From positions 1 through 64,000 of the forward strand of contig ADNK01001956.1 of NCBI GenBank assembly GCA_000320545.1: 64,000 nt of DNA, written 5' to 3'. Source of the DNA: Bigelowiella natans CCMP2755. Its lineage: Eukaryota; Protista; Cercozoa. A model generated the notes under the pieces. That model did not search any database. It was not told the DNA's origin and saw only the letters and a program-made list of their open reading frames with translations. The first letter of the stretch is position 1; every line of letters begins with the position of its first letter. The translations under genes and the position numbers were made by a program. Positions 13,165 to 27,638 of the stretch are shown here, piece after piece.

Positions 13165-14200
13165 ACAGGGCTAGACACCTTTCAAGCTGAGCACGTTGTT
13201 CGTATTCTTAGACGATTAGCAAGGTGTCACCAAATGATGGTGATGACTCATCAGTTAGTGTTGATTTGAAGTTGACAACTGCCTACTTAACTATGTTTAT
13301 TTGTTGTATCATCATCATCATCATTATCATCATCATCATCATCATCATCGTTTTCATCTTTCTTCTTCTTGCTTATCTCAATTGCTACTACATGCATAAT
13401 ACTGCTACTCACTAACAGCACAAAGCAAATTGTAGTAGCTTTAACGCTTCATCAGGTGGTATTGGTGGTGGTTGTGTTGGCCATTAGGATTCTATGCATG
13501 TAACATCCAAATTATCATCATTATCATCATTATATCAATACCACCTTAACAAACATCTGTAGTAGGATAAATGATGATGATGATAATAGACCACATTCTT
13601 TGCTTCTTCTTTTCCTTTGTGTTACTGTTGTTGTTGCTGTTGATGTCATTGCTGGTGGTGGCTTCTAATCAAATATAAAGCCAAGGAGCTCAGTGTGGAC
13701 AATGTGAGATGATATTTTGATTATTTCCATCGTTGTGGAATGGAATAGTGAAAAATTTGTAGTTGTTAGCTCTATTTCTATGCTCAATTGTACATTTATG
13801 TAAGAGTTTCATAATGCTATGGGGGTCATCAGGATTTGGATTTCTCATCATAATTTATTAATATCATCAGATGATGATTAGGAACACACACACACACACA
13901 CACACACATATTTGCACACACATATCTGCACACATATTTTTATTTTTTATTTATCATTTTTTAGGCTAGACGAGATTTTACTTCTCACACCAAATGGAAA
14001 AGTGGCATACCATGGTATATAGCAGTAGTAGTAGTAGTAGTAATAATAATAATAATAGTAATGATAATAATTACATAAACACTACATGCTGCTGGGCTGC
14101 TATTACAGCAAAATCAAACAAGTTGTTATCATGCTTGGATACGATATATATCTTACAATATGTGTAGTTATATGTAAAAATGTAATGTTTAATCGAATGT

Positions 14201-14234
<34 letters not shown>

Positions 14235-14263
14235 CTTTTTGCTGCTGCTACGATCGCTAAAAA

Positions 14264-14305
<42 letters not shown>

Positions 14306-15231
14306 TATGTGTCATCTGGCTGATAGTGCTGTTGATGATCGATAAATATGATGATGATGATGATGATGATGGTGGTGGTATCAAACTACAGGGCCCACAG
14401 ATGAAGCATTAACTTACTTTAAACGGTGATATTGTATTATTATATAACAGTCAGTATCATAATAATAATAAAATAGGTGTGTGTGTGTGTGTATGTGTGT
14501 TTTTATTATCTTTCAAGACAATATGTTAATGATTTAATATTTGAGTATACCGATAACAAGGCAATAGTAGTAGTACTCTAAACAACAACATGTGTTTTAT
14601 TTTAGAAGATATATCCTTATCATGATCATCATCGTCTTACTGTTATTTAGATTAGGATACCGATGTCCAGTGCTAATGAATCCGTCTGAGTACTTGCTTG
14701 ATCTCGTATCAATAAACCCTGATGATGTTTCTCGACGATGTGCCGACATTGCAAGGATAGCAAAGGTGATTATTCATTGTTTATTGTTATCATATGCACG
14801 TATTCGTCAAAACAGTGTGGTGTGTGTAAAATGATGATCTGTTTCTTCATTAATTGAAAATGACGATCTTGTAAGGTGATGAAAATTATATCTTCAGAAG
14901 TAGCAGCAGTCGGAACTAGTAGAGCCATCGTCGTCGTACATAGTTATTATTTGTGTTGTTTTTGTTGTTACGATGGTGGTGGTGGTGGTGGTGAGGGATT
15001 AGACATCTCTTAGGTGGCTAGCATCTTTTATGCAAACATAATCAATTTTCCACTATCCCTCCCCCCTTCATTTTCCTCTCTTTGTGCGCGTGTACATATC
15101 TCTCATCAGCTTGAGTCGTGTTTTGAACGACGCTTATCTACACTCAAGGAAACTCAAAGTAGTATTAGTAGTAATACTCGTACGATTAGTATATACTTAA
15201 GATATATAACTTGTGAAAAAGAAGCAACCAC

Positions 15232-15263
<32 letters not shown>

Positions 15264-15390
15264 CCACTATCATCATCATTACTATCATCATCATCATCAT
15301 CATCCTATCGATAGTAAGCATAAAAATGGATGTAGAACAGTCCTTCTCCCTTCCTCACTCACTCACTCACTCACTCACTCAGTAGTTGTA

Positions 15391-15430
<40 letters not shown>

Positions 15431-16503
15431 GACACACAGTTTGTGTACCAGTCCTTCCTTCTGCCCTTCGATGTGTACTATAGTGATGTGTGCATATATC
15501 ATATATAAATCAGTGTGTAAAAATGTATATATTATTTATTGTACTAGCGGTATGCATGTGTTTATGACATAAGACACCGAATGATATATGCTAAAACCAA
15601 TGGTGGTCGTCGTCATCATCATCATCATCATCATCATTATCGTCATCATAATCGTTTGTTGTTATTATCATATATTGATTTCAGTATCATCCCCGACGTC
15701 ATCTTCAATATCATCATCATCTTCATTCTTTTCATCAATCAAACGATGGACGATGATATCATCATCTTCATCATCATCATCATCATCATCGTTGCCGTCG
15801 TTTTCTTCTTCTTCTACTACTGCTACTGCTACTTCTCTCACAACATCATCACATTTGCCCCAAGCTCAGGCAGTTCTTCAATGCACGGTAAGATCAAAGA
15901 AAGAGAACAAGTATATGGCAGTGATAATTATTGTCATGGAGAGTGACTTACTTTCTTCCTTCCTTAATATATTGATAATGAAGAACAACACTCATTTTAT
16001 AGCTGATTCTCTCGTGTCACATTATTGAATTGTAGGAGAAAAAGAGCAAGAATGAGAAGAATATGACCATAAAGAAGAATAAGATAAAAGATTATGTGTT
16101 GGTGCGCTCCTTCTCCTCCTCCTCCTCCTCCTCCTCCTCCTCCTCCTCTTTACGAATGATTGGAATGGCAAGAAGGATAGGTCTACTTCTGAAAAGGGCT
16201 TGGAAACAGGTACTACTAGAATAATTACAATCATACCTCTACATGTTTATCTTGCACATTTTCTTCCTTTTTCAATATGATAACATACGTCAATATACTC
16301 TCACAGAATAGCCGTGACACATTCGTGAATGGTGTGCGACTAATGAGCTGTGTTGGTCTTGCAAAGGTATTAATATCTAGTTATATTGCAGGCAGAAAGA
16401 TGTAATTAAGAAACCGAAGAAGAAGGAAAAGAAGAAAAATACGACAAATTAACAAGAAATAATAACAACAAGAAAATATAATGGCAACATGATATATCAT
16501 TTA

Positions 16504-16539
<36 letters not shown>

Positions 16540-16674
16540 GGTGTATAGTGCTGTTCTTGGCGGAGGAGCAGAAGGTAGTTGTATACTGTGTTTCATTGAA
16601 AATCAGTATCTTCTCGTTTATTACAACACAATTAGCATCTTATCTACCATGTTCCAATATTATGATGCATTTAT

Positions 16675-16710
<36 letters not shown>

Positions 16711-16893
16711 ATACATACACAAAATGAGAAGAAGTAGCATGGTGTGCTTTTCTCTGTATTGTAAGCAATTTTATACTTTAATGATATCAGTGTATTTATG
16801 CACACTCATCATCATCATCATCATCAACACCATCATCATCTGGTCTAATACTAATCAATGATTGAATGACCTACTATAACTACAACTACTCTC

Positions 16894-16925
<32 letters not shown>

Positions 16926-17535
16926 GGAATGAGTGCTGCAGCACTACCAGGAAAAATATCTCTAATAACGTTTGGTGAGGAGGAAACAGAAGAAGAAGAA
17001 GAAGAAGATGATGACGATGATAAGAATGAGTATAGAATAGTCTTATTGATGAATATTAAATGATATGCAATGATAATTAATGTGTAGATAATGATGGTGA
17101 TAATTAATGAATGAGTAGATAATGTTGATGATCAATCCATCCATTAATTAGTTGTCTGCTGTTTGAGCATAGTATAACATCAATCGTTTGGATGTTATTC
17201 ATTTATATCTTTTTCTTCTTCTTGCCTTCTTCCAATTTGTGTCTCCCTCTATCTTCTATCTTCTACTTACTGCTTTTCCAACAACAAATCACCTCCTTTA
17301 CAACCTCCTCTTCCTCCTCCTTTAAAAGGTGTCATATCAATGGCTCAGTTGTCCCTCATAAAGGTAATAATAATAATAATATTAAAGATAATACTTGTTT
17401 GTTTTCTTTGTGATAATACCACCACCATCGTCTTTGTGCTGTTGATCACGGCATCCTCCAAATATATCATCCTGTGGTGCAGCAGCTACTCCTAATTACT
17501 ACTACTACTATTACTACTACAACTACTATTACAAA

Positions 17536-17568
<33 letters not shown>

Positions 17569-17594
17569 GAACATTACCTGGTCTTCGTCATCAT

Positions 17595-17630
<36 letters not shown>

Positions 17631-18567
17631 TATTATCATCGTCATCGTTGTCATCATCATCATCATCATCTATTACCACCTCCACACAGACGTTGGATTT
17701 ATTTTCGAGAGAGAGAGAGACGGTGCAGAGAGAAAGGGCAAGAGGACAATACTGTAATAGCTAGTAGTAATAGGAGCAATGATTATTGAGTTGTCTGTTG
17801 GTGGCGTCGTATCATCACCTACCCTATTATTCTTATCTGTTCACACTACTTCAAACTACACTATTTACTACTACTCACGTAGTTTTATTCCTCTGCCTCT
17901 TCCCTCCCTCATATTCGTTATTATTATTATTTTTTTTAAATATCACAGCGGCACTTGAATACGTGTTTAGCAAAGTGATCACTGAGCTTCCAATTGATGC
18001 ATGGTGAGATCATGATGATGACAGTGATAACGATGATGATGATGATGGATATATTTGGATGTACTCTCATATCTTCTTGTTATTGCTTCCTACTATTGTG
18101 ATTGTTATCATTGTGTTTCTGTCATTATCACTTGAATGCACGCACACGCACACACACACAAATCGTGATCTTTCTCCTATCTATCATTTCTAATCGTTAA
18201 ACGTGGGAGAGTTGTCATAATCATCATCATCATCATCATCATTATCATTATGTATGTTTCTTTTTAGCTACAGTGCTTTATACGCTTTTGTGCTTCATAA
18301 CGGTTGCGACTTCCACACCACTCGAAGGTTAGAAACAACACAGCACAACACAGAGTAAAACAACACATCACACATGATGGAAATAATAGCATTGATGATC
18401 ATGATGATGATGGTGATGATATATAATTATCTATATCACCACGCACGATTCTAGAGGCACATGCACTTGTTATCATCATTATCATCATCCTCATCATGAT
18501 CATCTTCATCGTCGTCTTTATCGTCTTCTTTGTCTTCTTGGAAATAGTAGTATAAACTTAGCAATGT

Positions 18568-18601
<34 letters not shown>

Positions 18602-18983
18602 ATGGATTGATGATTTCTTCCTCGTCATCATAGGAAATTCATGGGCCTCTACGCTTTGATCGCCCTAGTCTCCTCATCATTAGGTATTGCATCATTTAGT
18701 CCTCATTCTTGCTCATTATCCTTCTCTCCCTCCTCCTCCTCCTCCTCTTCATTCTCATCAACCGCTAATAATGATGAAGCAGCTAATGCTTGAAAAAATG
18801 ATGATAATTATATATTTTGCTTGCTTCATCATTCGTCATGATACTACTACTACTACTACTACTACGACTACTACTACTACGGCTACTACGACTACGACTA
18901 CTACTACGACTACTACTACTACTACGACTGCTACTACTACTACTACGACTACTACTACTACTACTACTACTGCTACGACTACG

Positions 18984-19018
<35 letters not shown>

Positions 19019-19697
19019 GAGTTGTCTTCGAATCTCTTGCTCTCACTTTGATAAAGCACGGTTTTATATTAAATATATGTAAATGTTTCTAATACTCAAT
19101 GCTCATCATCATCATCCTCATCATCATCATACGATATACACGTCGTAGGTCTTGCAATAGGAGCATCATTACCATCAGGAGAATCTGCTCTTGTCGCTGG
19201 TTGTTGTTTATAATAACGATGATGATGATGATGATGGAGGAGAAGTAATACTAATAATACTAATACTAATAGGTCCTACCTTGATGGTAATTTACATGGT
19301 TCTTGGAGTGCTAAATCCCTCAGGCCAACCACAGAAGATAAACAAAACAAAATATACTACGAGTACGTTGTCATCATTATCATCTGGTAAGAAGGAACTA
19401 TAGTCATCGTGTTTTGTGTCTTGAGGGGGGATAAATAGTTGGGAGGTGTACGACGAATAGAAGCGTAACATATATTATGTATTATCAAATAGTAAGGTTA
19501 CGAGAGAAAATATGGTGATGATGATGATGATGATGATGGTGTAAGAATGGTGACTCTGAAAGCAATCACAATGTGTGTTGATAAATACAGAAACAACAAC
19601 AGCTACTACTACTACTACTACTACTACTACCTACTAAAATGGTACTGATTTACATTCTGATACTGATACTGAGAAATCTGCTTACTTGCTGTGTTGC

Positions 19698-19766
<69 letters not shown>

Positions 19767-21825
19767 CGATCTTAACAACTACTGGGCATCAACAACAACA
19801 ATTACATCTCAACTAGGGAAGCAACATCAAGAAGAAGAAGATAAACAACAACAACAACAAAACTACAATGGATCATCTGAAACTTGTCCAAGTAGTAATA
19901 GTAGTAGTAGTGATCAACATCAATATATAATATAATAATAACATTAATAACAATAACCAATATCATCATGATAATAATACTACTTTAGATTATTTACTAC
20001 ATGTATTATGCAAAGAATGCGAAGATAATAAATGGTATTGATGATGATGATGAGGATGATGGGTAGTAGATATAGGTAGCCGATTATAGTATTAGTATTA
20101 GTAGTAGAGTAGTAATTGTAATAGTAGTAGTAGTAGTAGTAGAAACTTTTGTCTCCCTCTCCACCACAATGTATATATAATGTAAATACGTGTGTTGTAT
20201 TTATGTTTACTAGGAGTTCTGCTTCCTCTAAAGATGTGTTCTCCTATCAAATGGTCAATAGAATCACTTCTGGTACTAACAAGTACTAAACACTACTGAT
20301 TAATTCTGAAATATGGTATACATAGCAGCACCTATATCACCCTTAAAGATAAGATTGTGTGTAAGAGAGAGAGAATCTTTTGATTGTGTTGATTGGTTCA
20401 TGTGTAATCAATAACGAATCAATGAATGCAAAGGAGGAGGAGGAGGAGGAGGAGGAGGAGGATATTTTTCAAATTATTCCTTATTTATAATTATTATGGG
20501 ATGGCAATAGTAGTAGTAGTAGTTGTAGTAGTAGTAGTAGTAGTAAAACGTTGATGCTGTCGTGGGGTGTTATATCCTTGTTCCTTAACAACCTCCTTGT
20601 TATCATAACATCATTCACACATTGATTGATTATTGCTCGAATCCTCCTCCTCCTCCTCCTCCTCTTCCTTTGAAACCTTATCATTCCATCATTATCATCA
20701 TCATCATCATCATCATCACCACCATTTTTACAAAACGATGATAGTGAACAAACAGGATCAATTATGAGTGATGTGTACGATCTTTCTTCCGATTAGTGCT
20801 CAGAGTTTCGAGGTCTAGAGTTTACACGCGACTTCAGGTTTCATGGAGAGTGCATTACTATCCTCATATATTCAGTTTGTTTATGCGAAAAGAGAGAGAA
20901 AGAGAGAGAGGGAGGAGATGTAGGACAACAAATCATCATCGTCGTCATCATCAACATAGTTAGTGATACTAGTACAATTAAGGAGTGGATAAATACTAGT
21001 CTTATAATAATATAGCATACTTGTTACCAATTGATTAGATCAGCACCTCAAATGGGGGCAATAGCACTTGTTGGTTCTGGAGATCAGGTAGTAGGAATGA
21101 TGGAGTCGTTCGTTGTTTTATAACCATGGTGGTGATGATGATAATGATGGTAAGTGTGACAGTAGTGCTGATGATGGCAAATACATGTTTGTCTTGCCAT
21201 AGTTACTATTATTGTTATTATTATTATTATTGTTATTATTATTATTACTCTTCTTCTCGTAGAATTATCCTTCTTAAATCTTGTCTTTTCTGTTTCTTCT
21301 TCTTAGCCTAACTCTTATTCTTATTCTTTTTATTCTTCTTCATTTTTCTTCTCTTAAGGCATTGAAAGCTTTAGGACTTAGTCATCAGACCACAGAGTAC
21401 AGCTACTACTACTACTACTACTACGACTAATAATAATAATAAGTCATCAGACCACAGAGTACAGCTACTACTAATAATAAAATAAATACTAATACTACTG
21501 GCTCTACTATTAGCACACTGTATAAAGTAGTAAACCAACTACTGGCAGAAAAGAATAAACTGATCGATTATCATCGATGCCATCATCATCATCACCATCA
21601 CGCAATAATCTTCTTTTCACCATAATAGATACTAGGTAACATCTCATCATTATTATTATCGATTATGGAAAGCACGTTAGTCATGCACACTTTCCTACTA
21701 CACAGAAAGTGCATTAAAGCAATGATGACCCTCCTCGTTTCACACATTGCTGTTGCGGTACTACTACTACACTTCAGTCAAAAAACAATATAATTCATCT
21801 TAATAAAAATGTATTTACATATATG

Positions 21826-21892
<67 letters not shown>

Positions 21893-22209
21893 TGTGTATC
21901 GGCGAATAAATCAGTTCTTTGAAGACAATTTGATGCATAAATTGACATATAAATATATGTGTCCATGCATGTCTCAATGTGGGACATCAGATAGGAGCCT
22001 TGGCAATGAGAAGACAGAGGCATGTGACTCTGGATGATGATGCTGCTTCTTCCGTGAACAGCATCTACTTCACGTTAAACAACAACAGCAACAACTACAA
22101 CACCGATGATGCAACTACTACTTCCAAAAACGTAACCAGAACTAGTGACAAAACAACTAGTTGGCTCCATCGACTCTTCAAATCAAATTTGAAACAAAAA
22201 ACAAGGTAG
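9303..22209 (+). CDS. ABCG: ABCG (White-like) half transporter, many small exons; start approximate
   Basis: Exon-split Walker A LLGIMGPSGC/GKTTMLNCL (10320/10862), VRETLEIAAQLQLP (11515), signature SGGERRRLSLARELL (12546), Walker B ILIADEPTS/GLDTFQA, H-loop TLHQ/PRSS, NPSEYLLDLVS, then ABC2 membrane domain (FSRERETVQRERARGQY, SKVITELPID, SPIKWSIESLL). Last exon ends in TAG at 22209. Confidence 0.9.
18842..19019 (+). repeat. Long imperfect (CTA/CGA)n intronic microsatellite, representative of dozens of di- and trinucleotide tracts in introns
   Basis: Directly visible. Similar (CAT)n, (TAG)n, (TAA)n, (CAA)n, (GGA)n, (CA)n, (GA)n and (TA)n tracts occur throughout 9-49 kb. Confidence 0.95.
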
Positions 22210-22960
22210 CTAAAGCTAGTTGAAACCATTAGCGCATCAAATTGTGCCCATGCACACACCTCACAATGGCACAAAGAGACACGGCCACATTTCCTGTTCC
22301 GCATCCATCTTCAGTTCTCTCACATCAACACTGAGTGAAAAAAGCTGGTCACACGCACGGCGAGGATGCTGCTTACTTAGCTGCTGCGTTAATGTTGTCG
22401 CATTGCAACAATCTTTGCATCATTCCACCTTGTGTTGTGGTTCTTAGCTCGCATCGTCATGCGGATTGTGCGTCGCATGCATGAATTGCATTGCATGCTA
22501 GCATGGTGGTGGTAGTTCCATGTTCCATGCCTAGCTGTTTTTGCATTTGTTTCCGCTACATGCGGGCGCTGGAATCGACCGATCGATGTGATGCGAGCGC
22601 AACAAGCAGCAAGTCGATCATCTATGATGCAAGCTGAGCAGAATGTGCACGCACAATGAGTCACGCAGTGCCAGCGTGCATGTAACTGTTTTCACACACC
22701 GCATCGATCATCGACGATTCCGATTCCATGCTAGCATGCAAGTCGTTGTCACACGTAGCAATGAAAACGGCCACGATGAAGCCGCAGTGTGCTGGATGCA
22801 TGCTGGCATGGAACAACAGCGTGTTAAGGGATTTCATGTGGCGGTGTTGTCTACGTGGCGGCACATCTATAGACAAGCGCAAAGCTTTAGGCAATGCGTC
22901 ATGTGTGGTCGTTGGCGGCATGGCGGAACGAAATGACGTACAGAGGAGTCTGCGATCCAC
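22210..22960. other. Partially TpA-depleted intergenic island between convergent 3' ends
   Basis: About 21 TA in 22201-22920, of which 17 are in CTA or TAG context; strong TGCA/CATG excess. Confidence 0.7.
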
Positions 22961-23238
22961 TTGCCTGTTATTTTACTAATTGGTGAGCGAAGTGTTGCTA
23001 GACTGAGGAGTGACTAAAATCTGTCATTTGTGATCATACAATCGTCGTCATTTGCATCTAGGTTGCCAGCAATGATTGATTTTGTTGCGTATAGCTGGCC
23101 ATTGAAAATTCTGCCCTTTAGCGGGTGTGCACGAGGTGAGGCGCACGCTATGCACCAACACACACTTGACTACGTACAACTTCTTCTTCGATCCATTCTA
23201 CACGCATTGTCCTACTACCGCTCACATAACATCTCATA

Positions 23239-23985
23239 TTATTTTCCTGTAGCAGCATGCACATCTCCCATTCCCCCAGTAGAATCTTCCCGTTTCGGTT
23301 TAGCTTGCAGAGAAACATAATCGCTTGTCAACGAAGGAGCAACATTGCATGATGTTTGCCCTCCTTCGTTATTTCTCATAATATCGTCGTCATCGCTAGC
23401 AACATCAACAACATTTTGCTTTGGCCTTCGTCTGTTAGCCTTTTCTGGAATTGATATTTGCACGTAATTGTCTTTCTTCCTCTTCTTCTTTTTCTTCTCA
23501 TTCATTTTTGGCTGTTGTGATTGATCTTCATTATATCTCACCGTAGTAGTATCATCAGAGTTAGTTTCTGTGATAGGAAGTGAAGCAGACGAAGACGATG
23601 ATGGCAATGACTCAGTAGTCGATGAAACACCTACAATTTTAAGATGATTGAATTGGAATGGATTAACAACACAAACACAATCTTCCTCTAATTTATTTAG
23701 ATCATTGCAGAAAAAGTTTGCAAACTCTAATTATCATCCGTTTATCTCCCCTCTAATAGCTCAAATATCTCCTTACAAATCTCAATTCAGATAATTTTAG
23801 AGTACTCCTCTTTCTGATCATCATCATCATCATCTTCCACTTCCTCATCATATCATCATCATCATCACCTGGCAATCCATCTGCTGGTGCGGATAATGTT
23901 TGCATCATTAATGATGGCTAATAAATAAACATAGACACACTCATTAGGGTTGTACTACTATTATTACCACTACTACTACTACTAT

Positions 23986-24018
<33 letters not shown>

Positions 24019-24166
24019 CACTACTACAGCAAACACAACGAGAGAATAATGGTGGATAGACTTAATAATAATAGTAAGAATAATAGAAATGCTCATCAGA
24101 AGTCAGTCCTAACACTAGCTTGCATCAGGAATACAAACGACAAGCATCTTGTTCTTCATTGTAAGC

Positions 24167-24197
<31 letters not shown>

Positions 24198-24865
24198 CTT
24201 TTGGTTTTTGCAAAGGAGGAAGTGTGGGCGATGGAAGAGAACTTGCAGCATCAGAATGATGTCCCTCCACCTGCTTTTGTTGGTGCTTTGGATGGTGAGG
24301 AGGTACTGATAGAGAACTAGACATGGTAGCTTTCACTCCTCCTCCTATCTGGTTCCCCCCCCCCCTTTTTATGAGGGATAGCCTCTTCTGTAAAGGAGTT
24401 TCTGGCCTCGGTTTCAACTCCGATTTCTTCTTGACAACTGGTAGTGGAACATCGACTACGTTGACCCTTCTCCGATCATAGTTTTCACTTGGTTTTGACA
24501 AATACTCGCTCATGCCGAAAGAAGATGCATCATTACCCTGGTTTCTACTACTGCCTATTGTCTCCTGTTGTTAGTTATTATTAGGAAATCAGGCGAGCAC
24601 GTAACAAAAGCATCAGATATCCATGTAGTACATATGAGCTATTGAATATTGTCATCATTGTGGAAGACTTTTTTGAAGTGCAGTAATACATAATTTTGAT
24701 GTCATCATCATCGTCATCATCATCATCATCATCGTCATATGTCACAACCTACCTCACCATATTACCACCTCTTCATCTGCTGCTACTACTACAACAACAA
24801 CAACTACTACTACTACTACTATCTCTCTTCATCTCCTATTTGAATGAGCAACTACCAATTAGACC

Positions 24866-24898
<33 letters not shown>

Positions 24899-27110
24899 CC
24901 ATCACCACCACCACCAGCATTTTTTTAGTATTCCTACTAGTGCTACAACGAGCACTGCACTATGATTAGTACTGATCAGAACTATCACATTCCTAAATCA
25001 TAGTTGATGATCAACAACGATGTCATAAAACCACGACGACCGACCTCAAAGGCGTATGGATTCAAAGTTGCGGAATTATCTTTGGAATCAGCAGCATCCA
25101 AGTCTTCCATACGTGCAAATTGTCTGAGCTCCTCAAGGACCATATCAGCTTTGTCTCCTGTGATATGATTGTTGTGATGATGATGATTACGATGATAGCT
25201 GAGAAACAACCGATGAGTTTTTGCACGATATAGCTTCTCATTGGATTGCCATAGCGATGACTAATTTACCATAAATCTCCTTCAATTTCTTCCTGAAAGT
25301 CTCTTCTCCTTCTTCGACAAGTAAATTTAAGGCTTCTTCCAATTGAGAAGAAAAGTTATTATTATTTTTTTCTCCTTTTTGTCCAGAAGAAGAAGATGAT
25401 GATGATGCTCTTCTAGCTTCTTCCACCTCAGCTTCTACTTCTGATGCGTAATGATGAAACAGAGACGCACCTGAAGACAATAGATGATGATTATCATAAC
25501 ATGTGTGTTATCTGTTAAACAATGGAAAACAATTAGACGCAGGAGTAGTGTACCGATGTACTAATCTCTTCCATTATTTGCACTCATCATTATCATCCTT
25601 CGATGTACTAATCTCTTTTACTCATGTTACTCATCATTAGTTTCCTAACTTGGTGGGACAACGCTACCTCGTAACCGCTGGACAAACAAATCCTCAACTA
25701 CTACTTCTACTACTACACTAATCATCATCATCATTGTAGTCAGACAGCACTAACCCTCTACATTCCTCATCATCTTAGCTACATCAACGTTTTTAGATCC
25801 AGGGCCTGAATATCTGCAGAGGTAGTGAAGTATTTTAACAGCATGTAAATTTCACATTGAGACAGATTGTGTGCAGCAGTAATCACATATTGTTTTGGAA
25901 TCGCTTGGTGTTAGGATGAATATAGTGTTTATGATCAAGAAGCCATGATGTACGTGAACAGCCATGTGCAGCATTAAAAAGTATCATCATGGTGCTGCTT
26001 TATAGTCAACACTTCTATATGTAGTAACACTGCTACTAGCAATGTGTCAGCTTCACAATTATGGCTTTTGAGATTGTTTTAAGAAGGATATTGAATGAAA
26101 GGAGGAGAATCTCAGATTGCTGTAGTTTTCCTTGATCAATGTTAGGAACTCTGTGTTATGCTGTACATGGATTAAGTTATAACACATGTTACCCTTTTTC
26201 ATTTGCTGTGATTACTGTTCTGAATAATTCGTAAAGTTCTTTATTTTGGCCGAAATGCCTACTTGTTGCCCTATCAGGATCTGGCTTTATGAACACCCCT
26301 ATGAGAGATAGATAGATGAATAGATGAGAGGGAGAGACAATGAAGAATAATCTTTACAACTTAGAATGATAATGGCAACAACAAGCCGCCTGTAATGCGA
26401 AAGCAAAAATTTTACTACTGATCAATAATTGCCAAGCATGTGAAATACAGTGGTAACAATATTGCAGCGCAACTATGCTGAAAATAGTAGTATGCAAGAA
26501 CATTGGTGGTGGTTGTTGTTTTCTTCTGTTGTTCATTGATCTACTACCACATGATTTTTCCTTGAGCTCCTTATCGAATTTTTCTACTTTTTTAAGATTT
26601 CGTATTTCCACTTTGCGCGAGGGTGCTTTACCAAGAACATCAGAGCTAGCTGAGAGAGTAGTAGAGAATGTCTTATCATTAGAGAAAGTAGTAGTAGTAG
26701 TAGTAGTAGTAGTTGTAGAAGAGAGGACGAAGAAGAAAAGGAAGAAGAAGAAGAAGGCGCTACTGCCAGAAGAAGAAGAAAAGGAAGAAGAAGAAGAAGG
26801 CGCTGCTGCCAGAAGAAGAAGATGGAATTTTGAAACAACCTTTTTTCCTTTTCCCATAGGCAATCATCAATGCAGCCCTTTGCCACCTTCCAATCAGCTG
26901 TCTATTTATAAGCGAAAGTCTCCTGTTCATCATCATGCTGTTCACTGCTTCCCTATCTCTTCTTCCTCCCCCTCCTCCTCCATGTAAAGGATTGGATGCA
27001 CATTGTTCCGATAAGAAGACGAGGGCAAAGACGATGAAGAAGAAGATTCTGGAACTACAGGGAGGACTTTGACGGAAAGGGGGATTCGGATTCAATCGAA
27101 AAGATATCAT
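23239..27110 (-). CDS. Hypothetical multi-exon protein with N-terminal signal/transit-like leader
   Basis: ATG 27110, hydrophobic IFFFIVFALVFL followed by an R-rich stretch. Coding-like exons at ~26640-26550, 25470-25270, 25160-24990, 24560-24200 and 23630-23239 between microsatellite introns. No domain recognised. Confidence 0.5.
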
Positions 27111-27274
27111 GAAGAATAAGGAGAAGCTGCCAAACGTCTTCTATGTTTGCCGATGAGGAGGAAGGAGAGCCATCATCATCATCATCATCCTCATCATCAT
27201 CATCCTCATCATCGACGTCGCGTCGTAGTCGTAGTCGTAGTTGTTGTCGTTCTGAACTACTCTCCTTTGAAGGG

Positions 27275-27376
27275 TTTTTCCTGCTGCGACAACAATACTT
27301 TCCATATTAGCGAGAGATTTTTTGCTGCGACAAGAATACTTTCCATATTAGCAAGAGATTTTTTTGCTGCGACAAG
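27275..27376 (+). repeat. ~41-bp tandem repeat (2.3 copies) in the divergent promoter between the hypothetical gene and SHMT
   Basis: TGCTGCGACAA(C/G)AATACTTTCCATATTAGC(G/A)AGAGATTTTT starting at 27282 and 27323, partial at 27365. Confidence 0.85.
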
Positions 27377-27638
27377 CATTTCAAGCCGACTCACGTTTGC
27401 CAGTCAATCGTCGTGTGGTGGATGGTAGTGTATTAGGGGGAGGAAGGGTTAGTTAGCTACTGCTGTCGCTCGCTCGCTCGGGGATTCGGTGGCGAGGATA
27501 GGGGGGGCGGTATCTGTCTCTCTATAAGTAGGACGTGTCTACGACGAATTACTTCTCATTGATTCTTATAATGTAAAACACGACATCAGGTTATGCCCCC
27601 CCCGTCCTTATTCTCAGTCTGAGCTTTTGCAGCATTCA

